64,000 nucleotides of DNA from Ruegeria sp. (GTDB lineage: Bacteria > Pseudomonadota > Alphaproteobacteria > Rhodobacterales > Rhodobacteraceae): positions 5,195-69,194 of the forward strand of contig JBFOLN010000028.1 of assembly GCA_040829945.1 (NCBI GenBank), written 5' to 3'. The first letter of the stretch is position 1, and the number at the start of each line of letters is the position of its first letter. Below, one piece after another: positions 37,313 through 46,913 of this stretch. Both the position numbers and the translations under genes were made by a program. Below the pieces are notes generated by a model. That model saw nothing but the letters and a program-made list of their open reading frames with translations, did no database searches and was not told where the DNA came from.

Positions 37313-38649
37313 TGATCCGCCTCATCGAAAATGGCCTGATGTTCGGCAACCTCGTCCATATCTCCAGCCCGGCTCTGGTCGAGCGGTATAACCGCGCGCT
37401 GCAGCATTTGGCGGGCAAGACCACGGCGCTGACGGATTTCCATGTCGATATCTCGGGCTATTCGCCGGAGGTGGGGATTGAGCTGGAGGATGAGCTCTAC
37501 CTCAACCCCAACGGCGTCAACCGGCAGTTCATCCTGCTGACGACCGAGCAGAAACGCGCGCCGTTGCTGAACGTCAAATTCTCGACCTCGCGCGATATTC
37601 TGCGCGAGTTCATCGAGATGAATGAAGCGCAGCTGTTTGCCCTGACCGCCACCGATGCGGTGGCCGGAGAGTTGGTGAATTCGGTCATTAAACTCACCAC
37701 TCCGCGCGACCTGTTGAATCTGAGCAAGATCGAGATTGAGGCCGATACCGCAGGCGGCACCCTGCGCAAGGCCCAGCAGCTAGCGGGCATGGTCGAACGC
37801 TTCAAAACCGAAGAGGACGCCTGGTTCGACGACGTTCTGATTGCCAAGATGATCGAAACGGCCAAAGAAACCGGCGACGTCACTCGCAACCCTGTTCGTC
37901 TGCGCCACACCGCGTTCGAACAGCGTAATTTCTGGACGGCGCACTTTGGCGGACTCTACCTGTTCCCCGATCTGGACCACCCGGCGGCGATTTGCATGGG
38001 TGACAAGCCGGACGATCTGCCGATCAAATACACCTTTGGCCCATCGCAGCGAAACCAGATTGCAAAGTTTTTGGACTACAACGATCTGGTTGAACCGATT
38101 GTCAAAGCACGCGGCGTGGATGCCGCTGCGATACTGCAGCAGAAGATGGACTTCTTGACCATTGCCGCCGCCGCGGATGCTGATGTCGATCTGACCGGAC
38201 TGGACCGCAGGGATATGCGCCGCCTCGCCCGCAATCACGCGGATCGCCTACCCGAGGCCTATCATGGGCTGGCGCAACTGCTGCGCTGGGCGACGGATGG
38301 AGGCCGCTGGCCGCGGATCACCTCGGACCATGCGGCCTATTTCTATACGCTCCGCGCAGCAAACACGCCAAGCCGCGATCTGGTGAATATGCTGCTGGCG
38401 GAACTGGCTCCGCTGGATCCGCGCCAGTTGTTCATCTGCCACAAGGAGCTGTTCTATCGCACTTACAAAACCTGGCCCGAGGCCAAGAAAGCTTATGTTG
38501 CTGACTTCCTTGCGCGCGAGTATCAGGTGGACAAGGCCGGTGCGCGGGCAGCCCTTTTTGGCCATGAGCCTGATATGAGCGGCAATGACCGGGTCAGCGA
38601 GGACGTGATTGCGCGCGTTGGCCCCTGGGGCGCGGTCGGGAGGGATTGA
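37312..38649 (+). CDS. DUF6638-like uncharacterised protein
   Basis: M.RLI..GL.FGNL....SP.LVERYN, IDISGYSPE, YLN..G.NR.FI, FWT.HFGG.Y, FI.HK..FY; family recalled, not searched. Confidence 0.75.
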   Translation: MIRLIENGLMFGNLVHISSPALVERYNRALQHLAGKTTALTDFHVDISGYSPEVGIELEDELYLNPNGVNRQFILLTTEQKRAPLLNVKFSTSRDILREFIEMNEAQLFALTATDAVAGELVNSVIKLTTPRDLLNLSKIEIEADTAGGTLRKAQQLAGMVERFKTEEDAWFDDVLIAKMIETAKETGDVTRNPVRLRHTAFEQRNFWTAHFGGLYLFPDLDHPAAICMGDKPDDLPIKYTFGPSQRNQIAKFLDYNDLVEPIVKARGVDAAAILQQKMDFLTIAAAADADVDLTGLDRRDMRRLARNHADRLPEAYHGLAQLLRWATDGGRWPRITSDHAAYFYTLRAANTPSRDLVNMLLAELAPLDPRQLFICHKELFYRTYKTWPEAKKAYVADFLAREYQVDKAGARAALFGHEPDMSGNDRVSEDVIARVGPWGAVGRD

Positions 38650-38650
38650 G

Positions 38651-38917
38651 ATGTTCGGAGCGATGCGCCTGTTCCTGATCCTGCTGGTTGTCCAGACAAT
38701 CGCCTATTTCGCGTTGTCCTTCTATTCGCGCGGTGTCAGGCGCCGAAAGCTGGAGACTTGGTGGGACGAAAGGGGCAAAACCGGCAACAAAGAAGCGTTT
38801 GTCGCGCGTGGTTTGCACGTCTATGATAATTCATTCCGGCGCAAATTGATTTTGGGTGTCTATATTGTGCCTTGGGTGGCGATTGGCGCGCTGATCTACA
38901 TCGTGAATTACATGTGA
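38651..38917 (+). CDS. Small 2-TM protein
   Basis: TM, then a basic/aromatic loop (RRRKLE.WW...FV..GL..Y...RRKL), then TM; in operon. Confidence 0.8.
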   Translation: MFGAMRLFLILLVVQTIAYFALSFYSRGVRRRKLETWWDERGKTGNKEAFVARGLHVYDNSFRRKLILGVYIVPWVAIGALIYIVNYM

Positions 38918-38927
38918 GGGTTAAGGC

Positions 38928-39572
38928 ATGGCCTATGTGAAATGGGCGTTCATTATCATCTTCTGGGGCACGATTGCCGTGATCCTGCAGTATTCGTTGC
39001 CACAGCATGATGTCGTGCGGATCGTCAACACTTACGAAGAGCGTCAGGACCTGACGGACTGGACCCGTATTTTCTGGTCCGAGCCCGAAGATCAATCCAC
39101 CAGCCTGTCAAATCGCGATGTACAGTTCATTCAGGCTGTACGCGCTAACGGTAAACCCATCGTATACCGGAACGAGGACACAGGCTGGGGCTGGCCGCCC
39201 TATTTCAAGTTCGACACAGCGAACCTCTATACCGAGGCTAACGACGCAAAATCGACCAAAGATAACCCCGATTGGGTGGTCGTAACGCACTATGGCTGGC
39301 GCAATGAGTTCATGTCGATCTTCCCTAACGCGATTTTTATCCGGCATGTCGAAGGACCAGACGTCCGCATCGTGCCCTGGTTCAACATCGTTTTCCTGAC
39401 CATATTTGCGGCGCTGGTATGGGCCATCTGGGTCCGATGGCGTCGGTTCCGGCAGAAGAAGATCGATCCCGTGCTGGAGAACATGGAAGATGGCCTCTAT
39501 GCCGCTGGGGACGCAATCGATGAAAAACGAAAAGGGTTCCGTCGCTGGCTGGACAGTTGGAAATCTAAGTAG
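38928..39572 (+). CDS. DUF1523-like membrane-anchored periplasmic protein
   Basis: Y.LP..D.VRI, RDV.FI, VYRNEDTGWGWPPYFKFD, YGWR....S.FPNA; N- and C-terminal TM. Confidence 0.8.
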   Translation: MAYVKWAFIIIFWGTIAVILQYSLPQHDVVRIVNTYEERQDLTDWTRIFWSEPEDQSTSLSNRDVQFIQAVRANGKPIVYRNEDTGWGWPPYFKFDTANLYTEANDAKSTKDNPDWVVVTHYGWRNEFMSIFPNAIFIRHVEGPDVRIVPWFNIVFLTIFAALVWAIWVRWRRFRQKKIDPVLENMEDGLYAAGDAIDEKRKGFRRWLDSWKSK

Positions 39573-39585
39573 ACCGGTTCATTGT

Positions 39586-40680
39586 TCATCGCACAATGAA
39601 TTCAGCATGTAACGCCCCGGCGGCTTTGATGGTTTTCAATATGTCAATCATGTCGCGAGGCGACACGCCTAGTGCGTTCAACCCGGCGACCACCTCGGAC
39701 AAAGTGGTCGCTTCGGGGATTTCCGCAAGGCCGGTTCCTTCTTCTTCCTCGATCCCGGCAATGGTGCGCGGAACCACGACCGTTTCCCCCTGTGCAAACG
39801 GGTTGGGCTGAACTGCGATCGGAGCTTCTTCGACCGTGAGGGTCAGATTGCCCTGCGATACCGCGACGCGTGAAATTCTGACATCCCGGCCCATGACAAT
39901 CGTACCCGATCTCTGATCCACCACGACGCGGGCCTTGCTCTCTGGTTCCACCAGAATGTTCTCGATCCGGCCAATGGCATGGGCGGTTGAAACAGCTCGC
40001 GTTGCGTCGATGCTTAGCTCGACAGTGCCGGAATCGCGCATGAGTGCGACGGCGCGATTAAACTCAGTGTTGATGGCGGCTTCGATACGGCTTGCGGTGG
40101 TGAAATCCGGTTCTCGCAATGCCAGTCTAAGCTGGTTCAGATCGGAGAGCTCAAAATCAATCTCACGCTCCACGCGCGCGCCCGAGGGTATGACACCCGA
40201 TGTCGGCACTCCGCTGACGACCGAGGCAGCGTTACCCTCGACCGCCGCGCCGCCAGCAAGCACCGTTCCTTGTGCCACGGCATAGATTTGTCCATCCGCT
40301 GCGTTCAGCGGGGTCATGATCAATGTACCGCCCAACAGACCCTTGGAATCGCCGATGGCGGAAACCGTCACATCAATCTGACCACCGACGCGTGCGAATG
40401 GCGGCAAGGTGGCCGTAACCAGCACAGCGGCGACGTTTTTCGGGCGAAAGTCTTCGCCGTTTACGTTTACGCCCAACCGCTCAAGAATATTGGACATGAT
40501 CTCTTCGGTGAAGGGAGAGTTGCGCAGTCCATCGCCGGTTCCGTTCAGGCCCACGACTAGGCCATATCCGACCAGATCATTTCCACGAACACCGTCAAAA
40601 TCCACCAGATCCTTCAGGCGTATAGCCCCCGCATTGGCAATGCAGGGCAAGATTATCAGAAGGAATGCGAGTATCTTCAT
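39586..40680 (-). CDS. flgI: Flagellar P-ring protein
   Basis: RLKDL...GVR.N.LVGYGLVVGL.GTGD, KNVAAV, AGAL.AE. Confidence 0.97.
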   Translation of the reverse strand: MKILAFLLIILPCIANAGAIRLKDLVDFDGVRGNDLVGYGLVVGLNGTGDGLRNSPFTEEIMSNILERLGVNVNGEDFRPKNVAAVLVTATLPPFARVGGQIDVTVSAIGDSKGLLGGTLIMTPLNAADGQIYAVAQGTVLAGGAAVEGNAASVVSGVPTSGVIPSGARVEREIDFELSDLNQLRLALREPDFTTASRIEAAINTEFNRAVALMRDSGTVELSIDATRAVSTAHAIGRIENILVEPESKARVVVDQRSGTIVMGRDVRISRVAVSQGNLTLTVEEAPIAVQPNPFAQGETVVVPRTIAGIEEEEGTGLAEIPEATTLSEVVAGLNALGVSPRDMIDILKTIKAAGALHAEFIVR

Positions 40681-41690
40681 CTTAGGAAATTCACCAGCGA
40701 CAGGTTGGCATTGCGAACGGTCACGGAATACAGGCTCTCCAGTTGGAACTGCACGGTTTGCAACTGTGCTGCAGTCTCGTAAGGATCGGCCGCGATCAAG
40801 GCATTACGCGCATGCTCGGCGCTGGTTTTTGCGGCGGCGTTGCGCGTGGCGGCTTGCTCTACCCGCGCCTCAGCCGCGCCGACCTGGGCGCGCAGATTGA
40901 CCGTCGCATCCTGTGTGTTGGCCAGCTCAACGCCAAGCTGTGTGAACAATGTGGTTCGCAGACTGGACGCCCATCCAAGCGCATCCTCTGTGGCCAGAGC
41001 CGCAACTGCAACGTCGCGCAAAGCGTCTTTGAGCGTGGGGTCGGTTGCGGTGATCGGAAGGGTTATCCGCTCGTTCTCGGAAATCTGCATCGGAGCCAGG
41101 GCGTCCGTACCACCTTGATATATCACCGCATCAAACCCGGCAGGGTCGTTGAACCAATCTTCAGCGGCCTGTTGGATATCTGTCAGGGAGGTCAGTCCAG
41201 TCAATTCGGCCTGCAACGCTGTCAATAATGTTTCAGCGGACGGCAGAGGTGAGAAGTCAGTCGACGTTCCAGAATACAGGCTGCGCCCTCCGGCCCGCGT
41301 ATTCAGGGCTGAGACCATTGTGTCGAGCTCATCTCGCGCCTGAACTGAGGCCTGTTCGTGCGTCACTGTCTGGTTCACGGTTCCGAATGACAGCAGCGAA
41401 GCAGACATGTCAGCCACCGAGTCGCCGAAAGTCGTCAGGCTAAGTTGCATTGCATCAGTAAACAGGCGTGCCTCTGCCGTGGCGATGGAAAAGGCATCCA
41501 ACCGGTTGAGACTGTGATCCAGATCCAGAAGATGCGAATAGTCACCACCCAGTCGACCTGAGATATCCTGCAGCTTGCCAGTGGACATCTCGTAGGACAG
41601 GGTCTCGATCTGTGATTTGATCTCGGTGCTGCGGGACCGCAGGGTCAGGCCGCGGGCCAAATCGCCCATTGAATTCAGTGTCATGTTCAT
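40677..41690 (-). CDS. flgL: Flagellar hook-filament junction protein (flagellin-like)
   Basis: STGK N-terminus; C-terminal ADPYE.A..L...Q.QLE......LSLVNFL; follows flgK. Confidence 0.82.
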   Translation of the reverse strand: MNMTLNSMGDLARGLTLRSRSTEIKSQIETLSYEMSTGKLQDISGRLGGDYSHLLDLDHSLNRLDAFSIATAEARLFTDAMQLSLTTFGDSVADMSASLLSFGTVNQTVTHEQASVQARDELDTMVSALNTRAGGRSLYSGTSTDFSPLPSAETLLTALQAELTGLTSLTDIQQAAEDWFNDPAGFDAVIYQGGTDALAPMQISENERITLPITATDPTLKDALRDVAVAALATEDALGWASSLRTTLFTQLGVELANTQDATVNLRAQVGAAEARVEQAATRNAAAKTSAEHARNALIAADPYETAAQLQTVQFQLESLYSVTVRNANLSLVNFLR

Positions 41691-43132
41691 AACCTCAGCA
41701 GAGTATCCATCAGTTCATCGACTACTGCGACGATGCGAGCGTTTGCGGCATAGGCCTGTTCGATCTGCATCAAGCGCTGCAGTTCCGTGTCGCTGTCAAC
41801 GCCCTGCTCTGCAACGATGTTATTCATTTCCAATTGGGCATTTGCGGCGAAGCTGCTGCGTTGGTCGGCTGCGTGCGCGTTGGCGCCAGCTTTGGATAAT
41901 AGTGCCTCGGTAATTTCGGCGGCACGCATGGAGCCAGTCCCGAACCCGGGAGCGGGGCGGGGGTCAGTCAGAACCGTGCTGAAGGCCTGCAACTGGCTCG
42001 CATCACCCGGAGCGCCGGGTGTCAGTGCACCCAGACCGGCGCGCAGCTTCCAACTTTCACCACCCGCATCCGGGTCGACGACAACATTGAGCGCAATGCG
42101 CGATGCAACGCCGATTTGCGTGGCGGGATCGAAGCGGTTGCCATCATCGGTAAAAAGGCCCGGATCGGTGGCCGTGGTCGTCACGTCCAGCCCAGCGGTT
42201 TCATACCGTTCGATCAGGTCGCGGGCAACGGTGTCCAGATCGGCCTGCGCTTCGACCGCCAATTCATCGCGAACCGCAAACTGCGTCATCAATGCGCCGC
42301 CTCTGATCTGCGCAAACTCTCCACTAATGCGAACGGGTCGCCCATCAACCTCGAGCCCGGATAGTAACCCGTTATCCAATGTCATATGAGGCATCGTATC
42401 GCCGGTGGTCGTGAATGAGAATCCGGCCGCAGACCCCTCCAACAGGATCAACCCACCATCGGAATAGATAGAAACCTGATCATTTTCGCGCGCGATCACG
42501 TTAACTGGGACAAGTTCGTTGACCTGATCAATCAATATCTGCCGCTGATCGAGTAGCGCACCAATGTCCCCGCCCGTGTTGCGGATGGCAGGAATACGAG
42601 CGTTCAGTTTTTCGATATCTTTCAGTGTCTGGTTGAGGGTATCAACCTGCTTGCCAATCGTGCGATCAGCATCAGATCGCATTTGCCGCAATCCTTCTGA
42701 CGCGTAGTTGAGTGCGGTACTCAGTTCGCCACCCGCGCGGGCAGCCTGATCCAGCCGTTGGACCGAATCGGGTAGGCTGGCCGCCGTAATCAGGTTGCTT
42801 TCGAATTGGGCAAGCCTCGCAGCGATCGATGTGGCGTCGTCTGCTGTTCCCACCAGTTTTTCGAAACCCGAATGAAATAACGACGCGGCCTTGGCTGCTG
42901 CGAAATCTGCATCAGTTGCACGGCGGCTCGCAATCAGCGCCGGGTCCTGGTGTCGAGCGATACCGACGACACGCACACCATTGCCAGCAACCGGGCTAGT
43001 TGCCAGCTCAAGCGATCTGCGGGCATAGCCCGGGGTCAATGCGTTCGCGATGTTTCCAGAAACCACAGCCGCGCCGCGACTGGCGGCGCTTAAACCGCCC
43101 AGTGCGTTGTTCAGTGCTGTCGACATATTCAT
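41687..43132 (-). CDS. flgK: Flagellar hook-associated protein 1
   Basis: NIANA.TPGY.RR; GVD.D.E...L...EQAY.ANAR. Confidence 0.92.
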   Translation of the reverse strand: MNMSTALNNALGGLSAASRGAAVVSGNIANALTPGYARRSLELATSPVAGNGVRVVGIARHQDPALIASRRATDADFAAAKAASLFHSGFEKLVGTADDATSIAARLAQFESNLITAASLPDSVQRLDQAARAGGELSTALNYASEGLRQMRSDADRTIGKQVDTLNQTLKDIEKLNARIPAIRNTGGDIGALLDQRQILIDQVNELVPVNVIARENDQVSIYSDGGLILLEGSAAGFSFTTTGDTMPHMTLDNGLLSGLEVDGRPVRISGEFAQIRGGALMTQFAVRDELAVEAQADLDTVARDLIERYETAGLDVTTTATDPGLFTDDGNRFDPATQIGVASRIALNVVVDPDAGGESWKLRAGLGALTPGAPGDASQLQAFSTVLTDPRPAPGFGTGSMRAAEITEALLSKAGANAHAADQRSSFAANAQLEMNNIVAEQGVDSDTELQRLMQIEQAYAANARIVAVVDELMDTLLRL

Positions 43133-43165
43133 CAGATGATTCCTTTCAGCCGCTCAATCTCCTGG

Positions 43166-44461
43166 TCAGCGTTTGATATTGGTGGTTTCCTGCAACATCT
43201 CATCCACGGTCTGAATGACCTTGGCGCTTGAGGAATAGGCGCGCTGTGTCTGGATCATCGATGTCAACTCGGTGGCGACATCGGTGGTCGATTCTTCGCG
43301 TGCAAAAGACACGAGATCACCTGTCGGCCCTTCACCGGCATTCCATAAGAAAAAGGTGCCGCTTTCACGTGAGGGGGCATAGGTTTGGCTATCCAATGCA
43401 GTCAGGCCGTTTGGATTGGGTACATCCGCCAGAGGAATCTGGAACATCCGGCGGCTGACGCCGGTATCGTAAAACGCATAGACATAACCGTTCTCGTCGA
43501 CCTGCACACTAGTCATCGTGCCCACGGCCGAGCCATCGCGCGTGATGGAAACCGGTGCAAACGTATCGGAAAGCTGAGTGATACCGTCCGCATCGCCGAT
43601 CAACCCGATATTGACCTCCATCGGTCCACCGGCGACGTTAACAACGACACCCCCGGTTGCCGGATCATAGGCGCCACCAGACACTGCGGTGACGCTAGCC
43701 AGCGTACCACCGGCCGTGCGGCTATCGGTGAAGGTCAACGTGTATTCACCAATGATGGCACCGCCAGACGCCGAGTCGCGTAGTGTCATGGTCCATTCAT
43801 TGCTGCTGCCGGTCGCAGGAACTGTTGGCACTAGTTCGATGTCCACGCTTTCAGATTTACCCAGATTGTCGAAATACTCGACCGATAACGGCTGCGTATC
43901 TCCCGGCGCACCAGCGTCGGTTGCTGTCGCGGGTAAATTCATGCGTAAATTCATCGAAGTTGTGGGTGCACCCGACAATTGATTGACGCTCAACTGGACT
44001 GGCTCAAGCGCCGCCGGTGTGTCGCGTGGAACGCTGGGGATCGACCCATCAGCAGCTGCGCGCCAGCCCAGTAGAACAAGGCCGGACTGGGTAACAAGAT
44101 ACCCTTCTTCATTTGTGCGGAACGAGCCTGTGGTGGTCAGCAACATCTCGTTCGAGCCCGATGCAATCTGTGAACTCGGGCGGACCGGCAGCATACCCCT
44201 GCCGCGTACGGCCAGGTCGGTCGAATTATTCGTTGTCACTAACGATCCGCGCTGATCGATCAGGCGCTGGCTCGTGGTTCTGACACCGCCTGCCGAATAG
44301 CTTCCGCCCTGACCTGAGGTGACCATGGAATGAAAGTCAGTTTCGACCCTCTTATAGCCAAACGTGGAAGAGTTGGCGATGTTGTCAGAGATGGTGGCCA
44401 GCCTGTTGGCATTGGCTTTCAGCGCCGCCACACCGGCATTCAGCGAAGAAGAAATGGTCAT
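43166..44461 (-). CDS. flgE: Flagellar hook protein
   Basis: ISDNIANS.T.GYK, DLAV.G.G, E.S..DVA.ELT.MI.TQRAY; ATG 44461. Confidence 0.95.
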   Translation of the reverse strand: MTISSSLNAGVAALKANANRLATISDNIANSSTFGYKRVETDFHSMVTSGQGGSYSAGGVRTTSQRLIDQRGSLVTTNNSTDLAVRGRGMLPVRPSSQIASGSNEMLLTTTGSFRTNEEGYLVTQSGLVLLGWRAAADGSIPSVPRDTPAALEPVQLSVNQLSGAPTTSMNLRMNLPATATDAGAPGDTQPLSVEYFDNLGKSESVDIELVPTVPATGSSNEWTMTLRDSASGGAIIGEYTLTFTDSRTAGGTLASVTAVSGGAYDPATGGVVVNVAGGPMEVNIGLIGDADGITQLSDTFAPVSITRDGSAVGTMTSVQVDENGYVYAFYDTGVSRRMFQIPLADVPNPNGLTALDSQTYAPSRESGTFFLWNAGEGPTGDLVSFAREESTTDVATELTSMIQTQRAYSSSAKVIQTVDEMLQETTNIKR

Positions 44462-44514
44462 CGGCACGCCCTTTGTTGCGTCATTCGTTGATGCAACACG
44501 TACCGCACTGGCCC

Positions 44515-44530
44515 TTAACAGCGCGCTAAC
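44515..44530. promoter_or_regulatory. CtrA box upstream of flgE
   Basis: TTAA-CAGCGCG-CTAAC, one mismatch to TTAA-N7-TTAAC. Confidence 0.6.
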
Positions 44531-44558
44531 AGCTAAAATGCAGTCTAACCATTGTCTC

Positions 44559-45398
44559 TCATGGGGTGCGCAGGAATATGATTTCGACCCGATCATTGCG
44601 CGCGGCCATCGGGTTATTAACCGATAACTCACGGTCTGCATGCCCTGTCACACGGTCCAGTCGCTTCGGTTGAACACCTTTATTCTGAAGCAATTGGCGG
44701 ATGCTTTGCGCCCGTGTGGTGGATAGATCCCAAACCGGATTATGGGCCAACACCACGGGGGCAGACCGCACATGCCCTTCGACCGAAATCGAGTTTGTCA
44801 CGAGGTCTGAAGATCTTGCCACAAGCAGTGCCAGCGCGCGCATCATTTGTGTTGGGTTGTCGGTTCCCGATTCGAATAGCGGCTGATCTTCTGTAGCGAA
44901 CAGCTCGACCACCAACCCTTCGTCGGTGACGCGGGTCACGATGTGTTTAAGCAATTCGTCAGACACCATGCTTTCCCCTGCGCGACCCAGCAACTGCGCT
45001 TCGAGCGATGAGAAATCCTCGAACGCGCCCTTGCCGCCGCCTTGTGCGTCCACTCCGGTTGATCCGCGCGCCTGTTTCGCCTCGGTTGGATTGCGGTTGC
45101 TGGCACCCGATCCATCCATCACCATGGTTTTTTCCGAAAACATGTTGTCGCCGCCAAAGGCACCATCACCTCCGCCCGAAACCGGATTGATCGGAATCGT
45201 GGGCGAAAAGTAATCCGCCAGCCCCTTGCGTTGCGTCTCGGTCGTTGCGTTCAGCAGCCACATCAACATGAAGAAAGCCATCATGGCAGTGACAAAGTCC
45301 GCATATGCGACTTTCCACGCACCACCGTGGTGACCATCGCCACCAGATACACGTTTCTTCTTGATGATGATTGGCGCCGCATTGGATTGCGCACCCAT
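44559..45398 (-). CDS. motB: Flagellar stator protein
   Basis: WKVAYADFVTAMMAFFMLMWL; OmpA-like C-terminus (W.LS..RA, RN.RVEI). Confidence 0.95.
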   Translation of the reverse strand: MGAQSNAAPIIIKKKRVSGGDGHHGGAWKVAYADFVTAMMAFFMLMWLLNATTETQRKGLADYFSPTIPINPVSGGGDGAFGGDNMFSEKTMVMDGSGASNRNPTEAKQARGSTGVDAQGGGKGAFEDFSSLEAQLLGRAGESMVSDELLKHIVTRVTDEGLVVELFATEDQPLFESGTDNPTQMMRALALLVARSSDLVTNSISVEGHVRSAPVVLAHNPVWDLSTTRAQSIRQLLQNKGVQPKRLDRVTGHADRELSVNNPMAARNDRVEIIFLRTP

Positions 45399-45445
45399 CT
45401 CCACCACCTTCTATTCACCCGTCTTCTGGCGTAGCAGTGCAGGTC

Positions 45446-45461
45446 TTAAGGTGGGCTTAAC
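45446..45461. promoter_or_regulatory. CtrA box upstream of motB
   Basis: Perfect TTAA-GGTGGGC-TTAAC. Confidence 0.75.
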
Positions 45462-45487
45462 ACTTAAAACTGTTTAGAATTCAGCGA

Positions 45488-46825
45488 CTACACTATGGGG
45501 CCCGTGCCGGCACGGCGCAGGATCAGTGATAACCGGTTAAAGCTGTTATTGATTCCACCCGGATCGGTCTTTGCGAAGAAGCTGTCCAATTCTTCATGAA
45601 CCCGAACGGCGCGGTCCAGTAAAGGATCTGCCCCTTCGGCATAGAGACCAGCTTTGATCATGACCTCTGACTGTTCATAGCTGCCGACCAGTTTACGGGT
45701 TTCCGCGATCATCTGGTTTTCATCCTCAGTAGCAGCGGTGGGTAGGCTGCGCGATACTGATCGGCTGAGGTCTATGGCAGGGAATCGGCCGCGTTCTGCG
45801 ATGTCGCGGCTCAGCACGATATGACCGTCCAACACACCGCGCAGGATGTCGGCGACGGGTTCATCCATATCCGATCCCGCCACCAGAACACTGAATACAG
45901 CCGTGATATCGCCTTGCTCGACCGTGCCTGGGCCTGCCCGTTCGCAAAGGTTTGCAATCAGCGGTGTGACCGAAGGGGGAAACCCTCGCAGCGAGGGTGC
46001 CTCACCCATGGCGGCGGCGATTTCACGATGGGCTTCGGCAAAGCGCGTGACCGAGTCGGCCAAAAACAGAACATTCATCCCCTGATCCCGCAGATACTCA
46101 GCCGTCGACATGGCCGACCACGCGCATCGCCTGCGTGCCAGTGCTGATTGATCCGAAGTCGCAGCTACGACGACGGATCGTTTCATGCCTTCAGCGCCCA
46201 GTGCATTTTCGACGAACTCATTAACTTCGCGCCCGCGCTCACCCACCAGAGCAACGACCACAGCGTCGGCCTGCATCGAGAGGGCGAGGTTGGCCAACAA
46301 GGTAGACTTCCCGACACCAGAACCGGCAAACAGGCCGACCCGTTGACCCTGTACAATGGGCAGGACGGTATTGAGGATGACCAGTCCCGTTTCCATTCGC
46401 GCACCCAGCGGTTTACGCGAAACTGCCGCTGGAGGAGCCTGCATGAGATCGCGCTCCTGCGTGCCCGGTAGCAGGGGATTGCCGTCCAGTGGCTGGCCAA
46501 ACGGATCAATAACCCGCCCAAGCCAATGCAGCCCGGGCGCAAAGACGGGCATCTGTTCAAGAGACACCCGATCACCCAGGCAGACGCCGTCAGGCGCGGT
46601 CGCAGGCAGCATATGAATCGCGTTCGAAGCAACATGCAAAACTTCACCTTGCAAGTCCGGACCCTTCTGACGGCGCAGAGTCAGATGATCTCCGATTCGG
46701 GCCAGAGTGGTCAGGCCGTCGATTTCGATTACACCACCCGCGACGCCGGATACGCACCCGACGTGTTGTACCGCTGATATTCTATCAAATTCGCATTTCA
46801 GGTGCATCGGATCGAGTTCAGCCAT
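45488..46825 (-). CDS. fliI: Flagellar export ATPase
   Basis: GQRVGLFAGSGVGKSTL, VGERGREV, DSVTRFA, LDGHIVL. Confidence 0.95.
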   Translation of the reverse strand: MAELDPMHLKCEFDRISAVQHVGCVSGVAGGVIEIDGLTTLARIGDHLTLRRQKGPDLQGEVLHVASNAIHMLPATAPDGVCLGDRVSLEQMPVFAPGLHWLGRVIDPFGQPLDGNPLLPGTQERDLMQAPPAAVSRKPLGARMETGLVILNTVLPIVQGQRVGLFAGSGVGKSTLLANLALSMQADAVVVALVGERGREVNEFVENALGAEGMKRSVVVAATSDQSALARRRCAWSAMSTAEYLRDQGMNVLFLADSVTRFAEAHREIAAAMGEAPSLRGFPPSVTPLIANLCERAGPGTVEQGDITAVFSVLVAGSDMDEPVADILRGVLDGHIVLSRDIAERGRFPAIDLSRSVSRSLPTAATEDENQMIAETRKLVGSYEQSEVMIKAGLYAEGADPLLDRAVRVHEELDSFFAKTDPGGINNSFNRLSLILRRAGTGPIV

Positions 46826-46913
46826 CACGGGCCCTCCAATAGAGTTGTTGAAAACGGTTTCTAAAGGAATCGGGGTTAAGCCTTGATTGAAATTGATCGA
46901 GGGAGAAGCCCCG

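Noticed and set aside
31934-39572. Prophage or integrative element
   Set aside because: No integrase, structural genes, att repeats or adjacent tRNA seen.
40677-41690. Call as flagellin fliC
   Set aside because: Position after flgK and the C-terminal LSLVNFL indicate FlgL.
46855-46885. CtrA box in the fliI/flgB divergent gap
   Set aside because: Only a TTAACC half-site; no N7-spaced partner.
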